Position numbers and translations under genes: made by a program
NCBI GenBank assembly: GCA_012295275.1
Contig: CM022671.1
Span: 6,014,001-6,078,000 of the forward strand
Direction: 5' to 3'
DNA: 64,000 bases
From: Chrysomallon squamiferum
Taxonomy: Eukaryota > Animalia > Mollusca
Shown: piece by piece, positions 1-14,385 of the stretch
Layout of the letters: each line of letters begins with the position of its first letter
Position numbering within the stretch: the first letter of the stretch is position 1
Notes under the pieces: model-generated
Databases searched by the model: none
What the model was told of the DNA's origin: nothing
Seen by the model: only the letters and a program-made list of their open reading frames with translations

Positions 1-294
1 TAAGCTTACCCAATTTCAAGTAATTTTTCTATAATAAATTTATTTTTATCTTTATGAATTTATTTTTTGTTTTCTTGCAACTGGCCTATTATAATTACTA
101 GTATTATTATTACTATTACTTTTATTATTATCATTATTACTATTTATTTTATTAATTATTTATTGTTATTTTAATGAAATTTTATATTTTATCTTAATCT
201 TTCAAGATGCACTGGATATATATCAAGATGCTTTTTATCACAAATTAAAAAAAAAACTTAAAAAAAAACAAGGTATATTAAAATCAAAACAAAC

Positions 295-352
295 CTTCAT
301 AATTCTGTTGTAACTTTTCTTTCTTTGTCTCATAATCTTTCAATTCTTGTTT
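295..352 (-). CDS. CLIP1: CLIP1 coiled-coil exon (KQELKDYETKKEKLQQNYE); gene continues beyond the window
   Basis: ttttccag acceptor, G|gtttgt donor, phase 0 to 1, charged heptad-like peptide. Confidence 0.75.
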
Positions 353-2277
353 CTGGAAAACAGAAAATAAAAACAGTATTTAGATGATACAGAACAACAT
401 GAAAAAATGTTCCTGAAAATAAAATACACAGTTTTAGCTGATTGTCAAAATGCTGTAATAAATATTTCATTTTGAACAGTATTCAAATTGTGAACCCACA
501 AATACAACCAATGGCCAGATGTACAACACATAAATAAATTAATAAAGAAAGAAAAAGAAAAAGAAAAGAAAAAAGGAAATGAAATGAAATAAGATAAAAT
601 AAATATATACATGTTAATGAAGCTATTTCAGTTTAAGTGTATTTTACTGGTATTTTGTTGCTTGAAATTGCATTTTAAGGAAAAAACAACAACAGAAAAA
701 CCCATCAATAACAAAAAAAAAAAAAAAAAAAAAAAAAAAACAAAAAGAAAGGAAAAAAAAAAAAAAATCAATAATAAATTGAAATGATGCTTAACAATTA
801 ATTATAAATACCTGGAAAAAATACATTTGAATATTAACTTAAAAAAATAATAAAAATAAATATAGGTAAAATGGTAATATAAGTTTCATAAAAAAATGGA
901 AATGTAATTTAAAAAATAAAATAATAATAAAAAAAATAATTAAAAAAACAACATTAAAATAAATAAATAAAAAATAATACACAGACATTAGAAAATGGTA
1001 ATTTAAAAATGTATTTACTTACAGGTCCTTGTACAAATAATTCATGGGTTGTAATTTATTAAATTAAGTTTTTTATAAAATCTGTTTTAAAATTAAGATA
1101 AATAAAATACAGAAAAATAATAAAACGATGGTTTCATTCCTCAGGCATCAAACGTTATTTCTAAAAGTTTTTATGAAAATTATTCATGTCTCTTAATTTA
1201 TTAACACAAGGTTCATTTAAAATATAAAAAAATAGAATAGAAAAGAATAAAATAAAATAAAATAAAATAAAATAAAGTAAAATAAAATAAAATAAAATAT
1301 ATATATATAATAAATTAAAAAAGAAGCAGAAATTCATTTAGAATTAATCCACACAAATTATATACTGCAAATTATTTAACAGATATTTAATGTGAAATAA
1401 AATTGGGGAAAAGAGTAAAAAAAAAAAAAAAAAAAAAAAAAATAAAAAAATAAATAAATAAATAAATAAATAAATAAAATAAAATAAAATAAAATAAAAT
1501 AAAATAAAATAAAATAAAATAAAATAAAATAAAATGCACACAAGTAAGAAAATGATGATTTAGTACCTGGAATGATGCTGAAGTCAAAATTTAGTAAATG
1601 TTGATTAGATGTGACTCTGAAAAAACACTTCACATGAAACCACAAATACCAACAAACAGTGAACTCACTCAGTAAAATGTTAAAAAATAAAAAATAAAAA
1701 AATAAATAAATAAATAGTAGATAATAAAAAATATATATATTAAAAAAAAAGAAGAAAAAAAAAATCACTAAAAAATTTCATAAAAGTTTCAAGCAAAATT
1801 CTTTGTTTAGTCATTTCAGTAAAAAAAAGCAAAAAAGTCTTAATTAATAACTGAATTAGTTAAAAGCATAATAAATTTATTATTTATTATTATTTTTCAA
1901 AATATATAAAAAAAAAAAAAAACAAGTGGAAAACTTTCATTACAATACATATAGTTATATAAAAAAACAATTTATATAATAAAAATAGTATATATATTTT
2001 TAAACATTTTTTGTAACATTTATTTATTTCATTTATCATAATTATCTATTTATTTTTTTTTTATTATTATTATAAATATTTTTTTTTGACATGCCCAATG
2101 CAAAAAAATATTTCTAGTTTCAGTCACTAATTTTAAAAAGAAACTTTTTAATTAATTTTATTTATTATTTTTATATATCAGAAATCAAGATACCTTTTTT
2201 CTTCTACTTATTAAATTTAAAAACACATGCAGGATCCTGAACTTAAATTTCATTAAATAGTTTATTTTAAATAACTA

Positions 2278-2320
<43 letters not shown>

Positions 2321-2918
2321 TTTTTTTTTTTAATTATTATCAAGCATGTCTCTGGATTCATAAAAGATGAATTTTAAATGAAAGTAACAGATAAAACCAA
2401 TATTTTAAATATTTAAATAATTCTGAATATAATTTAAAATTATTATTATTATTATAAATATTTTTATTTTTATTATTATCAAGCCTCTCTCTGGATTCAT
2501 AAAAGATGAATTTTAAATGAAAGTAATAGAAAAACCAGCATTTTAAATATTTAAATAATTCTGAATATAATTTAAAATTTGATGCAATATCTTTTATGGT
2601 GTTTTAATAAAGACAAAGATTTAACTTTTACTGAAAATATTTTTATATTTTTTCTTCTCATAAATTTACAATTTAGTGAAATAAAATTATTTTAAATTTA
2701 ATTGTCTGTTTTAACGGACTAATTACTAAAATATACAATAATAGTGTTGAATGTTTTTATTTTTATTTTTTTTATTTCTTAAAATATAATTTAGGAAATA
2801 AGTATTTTCAGTGCTGAATAACAGGATATTCTAAGCTGAGAAAAACAACAAAACCAGCTTCAGTGTATGCACAAAACATGCTCTTCATGCAGTTTTGACT
2901 AAAAATAAAAAATAAAAA

Positions 2919-2972
<54 letters not shown>

Positions 2973-4561
2973 AATAAATAAATAAATAAATAATGATAAT
3001 AATAATAAAATTAAAATCTGAGCAGAAAAGATTATTGTACAAGTTTATGAGTGTATAAACTAGATTAAACTGAAATAAAAATACTAAATTCTTGAAATAA
3101 CTTATTAAATAAATTATTTAATAAAATTAAAAAAAAATAAAAAAAAAAAAAAAAGAAAAAAAAGAAAGAAAAAAAGAAAGAAAGAAAAGAAAAAAGAAAA
3201 TGAAAGAATAATGTCAGTATATAATAAAAAAAAGATTTCAAAACTGAAGATGCAAAAAATCTGATACTGTAAAATTTTTTTTTTTTTATTAACCAAAAAA
3301 ACCAAAAAAAAAAACAAAAAAAAAAAAACAAAATAACAAAACAAAAATACAAAAAGCCAAAAAAACCTAAAAAAAAAAAAAAAAATCAACAACAAAACAA
3401 ATGTGAATATAAAGAAAGTTATAATGAGGTTTGAAGAAAACAAGCAACATGATGCAGAGAATAGTCAACAGTTTTTCTGCCATGTGAAATAGTTTGATGA
3501 ATTCTACATGACAAAAAGTGGATTTGGAAAACAAATTCTGCTGATATATATATAAATGTTTTAATATGAATTATATATATATATATATACCAACATTTTT
3601 ATTTTTATGATGTTTATATATATAATATATATATATATACCAACATTTTAAATTTTATGATCTTTTTGTTATTTATTTTATTTATTTATTTTTTTTTTTT
3701 GATATCTAGGTGAATCATTACAAAGTTGAAAATATCCTACAATTGGTGCTATATATATATAAATATCTATATATATATAAAAATTAAGGGTTTTGACACT
3801 AATAAACTTTCTATTTTTTTATCCATACACAAAATATTTGAACTGTTTTAAAAAAAAACGTAGATGAAATTTGTAATTGGAATGAAATGAAAAAAAATCT
3901 TAAACATTTCTATATTAAACTTAAAAATATCTGTCACTGTTAAATACCAAATAATATGAATGTAATTTTTTTTTTTTTTTTTTAAATTAAAAATGTGTGT
4001 AGAAATATTCTAACAAACTGACTGAAATGAAAATAATTTTATAAAATCATCAAAAGGTCCTTAAAATGTCAACAACGATCGCTTAAAACAACATAAAATA
4101 TCAGTTTTTAATCTGGAATAAAAAATATTCTAATGCACTGGTTTACTATAACAGGATCATTACAATACTTTTATGCCTTTCATACAACTAGATTTAAAAA
4201 GCCTGGTATAATCATTCAGCGAGTAGTATTTTAAAAACAGATTATACAGTTTACTAAAAGAATCTGGATAACCCAGCAAACTGTGACTAAGGTTAATAAA
4301 TACAAAATTCTCACAAACTGAACAGAGATTTCCAAACTGTGACTTACTATCATGTCAAACCCATCAACAGATTATTATAATTTATCAGAAAAGCATAACC
4401 TTCATTTTTCAATGGTATTAAATGGTATTTCAATACAAAAAAGATTGTATTCTGTCAACTAGGCCTTGCCAAAACCAGTTTGGAAATCTTTGTTTTAATG
4501 TGTACCTTCGATGATGTGTTAAACTGGCCTAAATATATTACAAATGTATGTATGTATTTGT

Positions 4562-4595
<34 letters not shown>

Positions 4596-4950
4596 TTGCT
4601 TTTGGTGACTAATATTTGCTATCTATAAAGATTGTAAATTTAAAAAAACCCCACAAAATAAATAATGTTTTGTAGAATCTATGATGAAAAACATTTTTAA
4701 TTTTATGACATTTTGTGTAATATAATATCAATGACAATCTTTTTATTTTATTTTATTTTTTTTTTTTTTTTGTTGTGATCTAGATGAATCATTACAAAGT
4801 TGAAAATATCCTACAATTGGTGCTGTATGAATTCTACCCTGAAACACCAGTATTAAATAACACAATAAAATTTTAAACTATATAAACTGTATTTTAACCA
4901 CCTAAACACATCATGAAAGGCACACTTTAATAAACTATTCACTGTAAAAT

Positions 4951-5150
4951 ATACTAGATTTGAATACTAGTATTCTGCTCACTAGATTTGAATACTAGTA
5001 TTCTGTTCACTAGATCTGGACACTAGTAATACTAGTATTCTTTTCACTAGGTCCGAACACTAGTAATACCAGTATTCTTTTCACTAGATCTGACAGCTAG
5101 TAATACTAGTATTACATTCACTAGATTTGAACTCTAGTAACACTTACTAG
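4951..5150. repeat. ACTAG-rich degenerate minisatellite (28-37-bp units) abutting a CLIP1 donor site
   Basis: Repeated actagtattc(t/g)...cactagat units. Confidence 0.85.
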
Positions 5151-5264
5151 TTCTGCTAACTTGTCCTCTAGATGTCTGATCTGTGTGGCTTGTTTTGCTG
5201 TCAGTTCCTCCAGTTCAAACACTTTAGCTGTCTTCTCCTCCAACTCCACGCTCACCTGACTTGT
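5148..5264 (-). CDS. CLIP1: CLIP1 coiled-coil exon (TSQVSVELEEKTAKVFELEELTAKQATQIRHLEDKLAEL)
   Basis: 117 nt, phase 0-0, cacag acceptor, gtaagt donor. Confidence 0.85.
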
Positions 5265-5269
5265 CTGTG

Positions 5270-5309
5270 AGTAATAGTAATAGTAGTAATAGTAATAATA
5301 GTAATAGTA

Positions 5310-5340
<31 letters not shown>

Positions 5341-5770
5341 TAGTAATAATAATAATAATAATAGTAATAGTAATAGTAATAATAATAATAGTAATAGCAA
5401 TAATAATAGTAATAATAATAATAATAGAACCAATAATAATAGTAATAATACTACTAATAATAGAAATAGTAGTAATAATAATAATAGTAATAATAATAGT
5501 TATAATAATAATAATAATATAAATAGTAATAATAATAATAGTAATAATAATAATAATAGTAATAGTAATAATAATAATAGTAATAATAACAACAGTAATA
5601 ATAATAATTATAATATTAATAATATTAATAATAGAAACAATAATAATAATATAATAACAACAATAACAATAATAATAATTAATAGTAATAGTAATAACAA
5701 TAGTAGTAACGATAATATTAATAATAATAATGATTTTGCTGATGATAATAATAAGACTAACAATAAATAA
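5270..5770. repeat. (AAT/AGT)n trinucleotide tract, ~500 bp, intronic
   Basis: Read directly; explains the poly-N, poly-I and poly-L ORFs. Confidence 0.95.
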
Positions 5771-6242
5771 TAACATAATAATAAAAAGCAAAAAAAAACA
5801 CTTTAAAAATAATATTTCCTCTTTAAGAAACATTTTTAGGTACTATCCCAAACTGTTCCACTGTAACAATACACAGTTTAATATAGTGAGTGAAAAAATG
5901 ATATGACCAATAAACATGACAATTACATATAACTATTCTTAATTTATAATAATACTAATACCTGCTTTTGCAAAACCACATATTTATAAAAAATCAAACA
6001 TTTCTACTGTTTGAACATTTCTTTATTTTTTTAAATTAAAAGAAAAAACAAAAAAACAAAAAACAAAAAACAAAAACTGAAAAGAAACTCTCATTAAGTT
6101 CAGTTCTTCTTATTATTATTCTTGGGGGCCTTAGACACTTATTAAAAAAAAAAAAATAATGTTGATTAACGTTAACCAAATCTACCTGAGATAATATTAG
6201 CTGCTAATTACCATAGCAACAGTATCTGTTGTTTTATCTTAC

Positions 6243-6395
6243 CTTTGCCCCTTCCTCTAGTCGCGACATGTCGTAAGTTTTGATCTTGTTTTCGGCTGTT
6301 GTCAGCTGGTAGGTGAGCTCTTCAATCTGATCTAGAAAACTTGTCTGTTCTTCTTCTGTTCTTTTCACCTTCATCTGAAGTTTCTCCACAGTTTT
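6243..6395 (-). CDS. CLIP1: CLIP1 coiled-coil exon (KTVEKLQMKVKRTEEEQTSFLDQIEELTYQLTTAENKIKTYDMSRLEEGAK)
   Basis: 153 nt, phase 0-0, tag acceptor, AAG|gtaaga donor, open frame. Confidence 0.85.
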
Positions 6396-6625
6396 CTACG
6401 TTTTTTAAAAACAAAAAAACATCCACGTTAAAATCAACTACATTATAAAAAGTTTAGATCTTGATTTTTTGTGGTGTGGGGGGTTTTAAATAAAAAAATA
6501 AAAAAAAAATGTTTTTATTGCAATTTGTAGATTGTTTTCTAACGTTTCTTGATCATAAATAAAATAAGGCAAATAGGAATAGTATAATATAACAGACTGA
6601 TTTATTAAGTTTAAATATAAAGAAT

Positions 6626-7258
<633 letters not shown>

Positions 7259-8704
7259 CTGAATTACAAACAGTTCATTCTGTTACAGCATTAAACACCA
7301 ACAGACAAAGGTTTTCTCATCAGCAATAAGAATTCTCAAAGAAACACAGATATAATTACATTTTAAATAACACCGTTACAATTAGATTTCATTATATAAG
7401 TCTGTTACTTCAAATAATTATTTTCAAATGCATAATGAATGAATAAATAAATAATAAATAAATAAATAAATACTGAATAGCTACTGCGAATAATCATTTT
7501 TAAACTGACACGTCTAACAAAAAACAGATCAGTGTTACTATATTTATTATTTAAAAAACAAAAACTAAACAACAAAGTCAAAACAAATAACAACAATAAA
7601 TGAAATAATAATAAAAAAGTACTAATGCAAAAGATAGAAATAATAATAATAATAATAATTTAAAATGAAATATACATTTAGTGATTTCTTTATCAATAAT
7701 TTATTTCACTCTATTTCTAAAATTATTTTACTTTCATAATATTCTGTCAATCTATAAGCAGGTGCAGAAACTAAACTAAAAGCTTTGTATCTAACTTTTT
7801 AAATTTATTTATTTATAATATCATTTATTCAGTTTATAAATAATTAAAGTAAATAATGATATTGCTGAAAGCTATAACAATTTGGCAACAATTTCAGCTC
7901 CACATTATTAGTAACTGTGCAGTTACCATAGCAATATATATTGTATTATTTCCTCTATTTTATGATAAAGGATAAATTTTCAAAATGAGTAAGAATACAC
8001 AATATATATAAAATAGATTGATGTATGCTATAGTGATTCCCTGTTAAGCCTGCACAGGTATATTTGTTTAGGTAAATAAATAAAACGAAAAAAATCCTTA
8101 AAAAATATTTTAAATTATTATTATTAATTTTTTCTTATTTTTAAACTTTTTATAAACAAACTAAAAATAGTTTTCAAATAACTTTATTAACTGATATTAA
8201 TTTATTAGTACTATTAACATTAATTATTTTTATTTTTATTTTGAATTTTAGAAATTTAGTATCATTTTTTAGTTTAAATATCTGTCATATAGTTATTTAT
8301 TTTTCCTGTAAATTTAACCAAAAAAAAAAATAAAAAAATAATAATAATAATAATAATAAAATAATAATAACATTAAGAAGAATATTTTACTTTTAACTGC
8401 TATAAGTTTATCAATAGTTTATACAAAAATAAAAAAAATAAAAAGGAATTTAAAGTTATCAGTTCTTTGCTTAGAGAAAGTTAAATAGTTTCTATAAATC
8501 TTTCTGATAAATTGTATTTAAAAAATATTAAACTAAAGGAGATGAAGCAATTTATTTATGTCAAACGTTTGTTTTAAAACAAGCTGTCAATGAAATCTTT
8601 AAAAGTTTATATTCCAAAACCTGGGCTTGAGAATGGGGGGAAAAAAAGTTTAATACTAACACACCTGTATGATATGATAAATAACTAAATAAATAAATAT
8701 CTAA

Positions 8705-8741
<37 letters not shown>

Positions 8742-9711
8742 ACAAAATAAGTAAATGAACAAATAAAAAAATAAAAATAAAAAACTATATTCAAAATTTT
8801 TATGCTGAAAATAAATAACAAAAACAGTAATAAAAATAAATAGGTAAATAAATAAATAAACAAAAAAACAACAATACTCAAGTCTTTTAAACAGAAAAAT
8901 AAATAAATAAATAAATAAACAAAAATAAATCAATGTTCAAGAATTAAGCAGAAAAAATCCCCAAAACAAATAAATAAATAATATTTAAAAAAAAAAAACA
9001 AAAAAAAAAATTAATTAAATTAAATAAAAATAACAAAAAAATTATAATATTAAAATAAAACACATAAATGTGAGTGTTAATATAAAAATACAAAAGAGAG
9101 AAAAAAAAAGAAAAAAAATATGGAATAAATCTATATTATAAACTTATATCAACTGATAAAAAATGTTTAGGGTGGATTAGAAGAAGTGTATTTATTTTTA
9201 TTAATAGTGATACACAATGTAAAGATTATGAAATTTTAAAATGTATAGGTAAAGTAGCATGTGAACAGTCTGGTAACTAATAACAACTGTAAGTAAAGTG
9301 AAATGAAAACACTAAAACTTCCAACACCAACTCTGAAACATTTTCTGTTGTATCAGTGTATATAATAAATAAAATAATAATAATAATAATAATAATAACA
9401 ATATCAATAACAAATAATATAAAATGAATGAATAAATAAATAAATGAATAATAATAATATAAAAAATAAATAAATAAATAAATAAAACTATAATGTTTTT
9501 AGAACATACAGATATAAAAATTTTAAAATGAGAAATAAACTAAATATGTAAAAACCAAATAAAATAAAATAAGATCAATGAAAAATATAAATTTTTGGCT
9601 GGTTTTGTTGAGAAAATGACTGATTTGAAAAACAACAGAGAATGTTTCAGAGAAATAAGACTTGTTTCTCTGTGTTTGCTGCCATGCATCATACCAACTT
9701 GAAATTCTCAC

Positions 9712-9720
9712 CTTTTCATG
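9712..9720 (-). CDS. CLIP1: Candidate 9-nt microexon (HEK) of CLIP1
   Basis: Minus strand reads tgttttgttttgtttcaag|CATGAAAAG|gtgaga. Phase 0-0 in a phase-0 intron; TGCATG about 24 nt downstream. Confidence 0.45.
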
Positions 9721-10508
9721 CTTGAAACAAAACAAAACATTTTACAAATAAACAAAAACAACAACAACAACAACAACAACAAATAAACAAAAATAAATCA
9801 CAACAACAACAAAAATACTTATAAATTGTACAAAAACTAAATTTTCATGTTTGTTTGTGTATCTGTAAAAATAAATACTGAAACAGTTTTGTGCGTATGT
9901 GTGTGTGTGTGTGTTTGGTATCAATCCTGATTAGAAATTAAACTAAAAATCTAGCAAAAACTTTTTATTTCAAAAATTCATAAATTAATCAGACTTAGAA
10001 AACAAACATAAAAATGTGCATATTATTAAACAAGTTAAAACAACAAACAAAAAAACACACACAAAAAACAGTAACAACATATTGACATGTCTAACGTAAA
10101 TTTAAAAAAATGGCTTTCCCATTATATGACTTGTCATACAAATTGTTAATTATGTATATGAACTGTTTGATGAAAGCTAAAGTCTGACAACTTTAGTCTT
10201 ATCCAACAAATTGGAGTTTTAATTACAATTATTGGTGACTGTTCTAAATTTTAACCTTGTGAGTAATCAGAAATTTATCACACAAATGCTGTCTATGCAT
10301 GTACAGTAAATCTGTATAAAAAGGCTGAACAAAGCTAGACATGGGTTCAAATCTTCACATTTTTATTTCTTACTTCTCCTTCTGTTTTACTTTAGCCTTT
10401 ATTTGTTGTTTTTAAACAGTGCAAAGATTAACGTTAACAACACAAAGCAAAAATAAATAAATAAATGTAAAAATAAATAAATAAAAGTAAATTAAATTAA
10501 ATACTAAC

Positions 10509-10569
10509 TTCTAAATCATCTTTAGTCATCTCCTCTTCTTCAACTTGGAATTGTAAGTCTTCAATTTTC
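10509..10569 (-). CDS. CLIP1: CLIP1 exon (RKIEDLQFQVEEEEMTKDDLE)
   Basis: Matches CLIP-170 [21 protein letters not shown]; 61 nt, phase 2 to 0. Confidence 0.95.
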
Positions 10570-10653
10570 CTAGAAAAAAAAAAAAAAAAAATAAACACTA
10601 ACTTTGATGTAGATAATTTGTTAATATTACAACCAATAGTAGACTTTAACAAG

Positions 10654-10687
<34 letters not shown>

Positions 10688-11124
10688 ACTTTAATATTTA
10701 ATACAAATATTTAACAACAATTTTAAAAAGTCACTTTAAGTATTTAATACAAATATTTAACAAGAAATTAAAAATACCAATATATATAAAAAAAATTTAA
10801 AAATTCAAACTAAGAATAAAATTACAAATAATGTTTCCCTTTACTAACAAATGAATCAGAAAGAACAAAAAATCTGTCCAGCCTGTATATTGTGTTGAAA
10901 CAAAAGATTGTATCATTTTTTTTGATAGGTGATTTCAATAGATGAACACATAATATCACTTTACAAGTGATTGAGATACATGACATAATATATATTCTGA
11001 ATGGTGAACAAAACGTCACATACATATTTGAATAAATCTGTGTACAGATAATTAAATTCTGTCTTTGAAGTTTTGTTTCCACCCAATATTTGTGTGTAAG
11101 TAAAGAAAATAAATAATAATCTAC

Positions 11125-11270
11125 CTTCTCTGGTCTTCAATCTGTGTTTCCAACTCTTTCTTGTCCAACTCGAGATTGTGGATGTACTGCTGCAGTCTGA
11201 CCATCTGTTCTTCTGTCTCTGCTCTGTACCTCTCATTGTCTGACCTAGCCATTGCCAGCTTACTCTCAAC
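11125..11270 (-). CDS. CLIP1: CLIP1 coiled-coil exon (VESKLAMARSDNERYRAETEEQMVRLQQYIHNLELDKKELETQIEDQR)
   Basis: 146 nt, phase 0 to 2, tttag acceptor and gtagat donor, heptad-like composition. Confidence 0.9.
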
Positions 11271-11752
11271 CTAAAATGTTTCAGTTTTTAATAGTAGTGA
11301 AACGTTTGTCTTTTAACTTTAATATATAAAATTAAAATAATAAATAAATAAATAATAATATATTATAATACAATACAGTATAATATAATATAATATAATA
11401 TAATATAATATAATATAATATAATATAATAAATAAACGAATAATAAAATAAAAGTAAAAATAAAATAAATAAATAAATAAATAAATAAAAATAAAATTAT
11501 CAAAATATTATTAAAAGGTCAACTGGCAGCTACTGCTATGTTTTCTCATTATTATTATTATGATGATGATGATGATGATGATGATTATTATTATTATTAT
11601 TATTATTATTGTGTTATTTAAATATTTAAATTTATCAGTTCTGTTAGGAAAAGAAAAATCAACTACTATGAAACGTCTTTTTTTTATATTTTGTTTATTT
11701 TTATTTTTATTTTTTTAATTATTGTAGATGTTGTTGTAGTTGTTACATTCAC

Positions 11753-11851
11753 CTCATCAACCATGGCTGCTGCGCGAGCTACATCGGCTCTCTCCAGATC
11801 TCTTTCTTGTAGTAGCTGTTCTATGTGTTCTTCTTTCTCCTTCAGCGCTTT
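11753..11851 (-). CDS. CLIP1: CLIP1 exon, start of coiled coil ([33 protein letters not shown])
   Basis: Matches CLIP-170 [27 protein letters not shown]; 99 nt, GT-AG. Confidence 0.95.
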
Positions 11852-13065
11852 CTGTAACAAAATCAAAAAACTTAATACACTGAATTACAGTCACTACTTC
11901 AAACTGCCATTTATTCTTATATTTTTTAAATAATTTATTCCTTCTATTAATGACTCTCAAATACAGTAATACACTTTGAAGCAATGTTGGATGTTGCTAT
12001 GCAATTCCCAATATTAAATTTTTTATCAACCATCAGTATTCAAATTTTTTAAAAACAAAAATGTTCCTGTCCAGACATTTTTCTGTCTCTTGACATATAT
12101 TTTTTTAAAACTCACCTACCAGATGAAGATTATATATTTTATTTTTTTCTAGTTTTTTTGCAGAAGTCAATAATGACAGACACACTAACACAGAAAAACA
12201 TGGTACATCATTTTCATATCAGAATGCTGATAATTAAGGAATTATAATCTCCAATTTAACGTCATTTTCCAGACAAATATTAATAAATAATTTTTCAATG
12301 ATTCATGTCAGTTCTGATATGTGGGTGTAATTACAAGAATACCTGGATTTTCACCTGGCTATGAGATTACCTGTGGCTAATTATTAGAACAGGTTATAGC
12401 AATGTTATTAGTTTTATTATTAGATATAATAACAGTAACATGTAACCACCATGTTATGGGTCAACATGATAATAATAGATGTTACAAAACAGGTAGTTAA
12501 TTAATTTAGACACACAGTTATTAATTATTACTATTTGTTTTTGTTATTTTGTTGTTTTTTCTGTCTCTCTCCAAAACTGATGCTTATTTAATCAAATTCA
12601 AAATTAGATTATGGCAAAGAAAATGAAATTTTAATCTTCTGTTTAAAAATTATTCCAAACAGATAAAGGAAAAATTCCAGTTTCATTCTATTATTTGTTT
12701 TCCTGGTTTTTTATTTTTTTACTTTTGTTTCTTCTAAAACTCTTAATAAAAATACCTAATTTACCATTTTGACATCATAATAATAAAAATTACAAAAAAT
12801 ATTTAAAAAAAACAAACAATATTCCCCTTAAATTTTAAAAATGAAAATAAAAAATAAAGAATGAAAAGAAAAAAAAAAGAAAAAGAAAAAGAAAATATAA
12901 ACTGAATACTAATTGAAAAAAATTTTTTTTAGAAAATCATACATCTAAAATGACTTACACTAATTTTTCTCTCCATCACAATCTTTTTTAATCTGCATGT
13001 AAACATTGTGGTTTATTTAAAAGATTTACAAATCTCATTAACACCTGTAAGGTGTGTGAACTCAC

Positions 13066-13128
13066 CTGTATAGCTGAAGCAGTGGCATTCAGGTTGTGTG
13101 ACGTATTCCTCTGTCCTGTCTTTGTTCC
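13066..13128 (-). CDS. CLIP1: CLIP1 exon (GTKTGQRNTSHNLNATASAIQ)
   Basis: 63 nt, phase 0-0, ctcag acceptor with branch-point-like CACTAAC (13150-13156), gtgagt donor. Ends SAIQ where CLIP-170 has TALQ. Confidence 0.85.
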
Positions 13129-13169
13129 CTGAGTTAACAGTGAGTTCAAGTTAGTGTCAGTTTTAATAT

Positions 13170-13556
13170 CACACACAGACATACAGACACACACAGACAC
13201 ACACACAGACACACACAGACACACACACACACACACACTAACACTAATACACAGACAGACACACACACAGACACACACACACATCCATACACATACACAG
13301 ATACACACTCACACACACAGACACACACACAAACACTAATACACAGTCACACACACAGACACACACAGTCACACACACACAGACACACACAAGAACAAAC
13401 ACACATACATACATACATCCACATCCACATACAAACATACACATACAAACATACATATACATATATATACATACCCATACAAACATTCACACACACACAC
13501 ACAACACACACACCTGAACATACATACACACATAAACATAGAAACACACATAAACA
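13170..13556. repeat. Degenerate (CA)n tract, read as (UG)n in the CLIP1 pre-mRNA
   Basis: Read directly from the sequence. Confidence 0.9.
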
Positions 13557-14004
13557 CGTGAATAAACCCAGATGATTTTTAATTCTTTTTTTCTAATTTT
13601 AAGAAATTTTAGTATCAAATGCTAAACAGGTTATATGTATATCATGAAAAGCTACTCATAATTAATTTGCAACAACAGATGTAACAAATTTTATTATAAG
13701 TTCATTTTTATCCATAAGTACTGTAAAGGTAAATCATAAAACATTAAAGAATTTATTTAATAATATTTTATTAATATTAGTGTCAAAAGCTAAAAATATA
13801 AATGTTAACTGCAAAAAAAGAAACAGGTAAATTTACACAAGAAAGTTTTAATATTCTTATGCTAGATGAGGAAATAATAGTAAATTTATGTAACAAATTC
13901 CTTATTTTGAATTAAGTTAAACATGCTATTTGTTTTTACAAAACAAACTCGAAAAAAAAAATAATAATAATAAAAATAAAAAATAAACAGAAGTGATAAA
14001 ATTT

Positions 14005-14043
<39 letters not shown>

Positions 14044-14343
14044 TTAATCAAACTAAATCCACAAATAAAATAAACTAAGTAAATAAATAACTAAATAAAT
14101 AAATAAGTAAATAAATAACTAAATAAATAAATAAATAAATAAATTTAATAAAATGAAATAACTATTTTATATCAACAAAAGAGTATATCTACTACATGAT
14201 TACTAAATATATAAATAAATGAATAATAAAACATCAAAGACATTTGAAAGATATTAGGTGAAAAAAACATTTTGGAGATTAAAATAATTTTTTTAAAAAG
14301 ACCAGAAGAAAGCTTAAGAATGTTAAAATTAATTAAATGAATG

Positions 14344-14385
<42 letters not shown>

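Noticed and set aside
10-85. Possible further CLIP1 exon ending at the gtaagc donor at position 9
   Set aside because: The long version has an in-frame TAA. A 19-nt version (10-28) is possible but cannot be tested at the window edge.
1567-1616. Exon-like segment with ttttttcag acceptor and CAG|gtacta donor
   Set aside because: In the required phase 0 it hits TAA at codon 4, and the peptide in the open frame is not coiled-coil-like.
5224-5833. Poly-Asn, poly-Ile and poly-Leu ORFs, and the many similar F/Y/I/L, CV, HT and LS ORFs across the window
   Set aside because: Simple-repeat translations with no splice or homology support.
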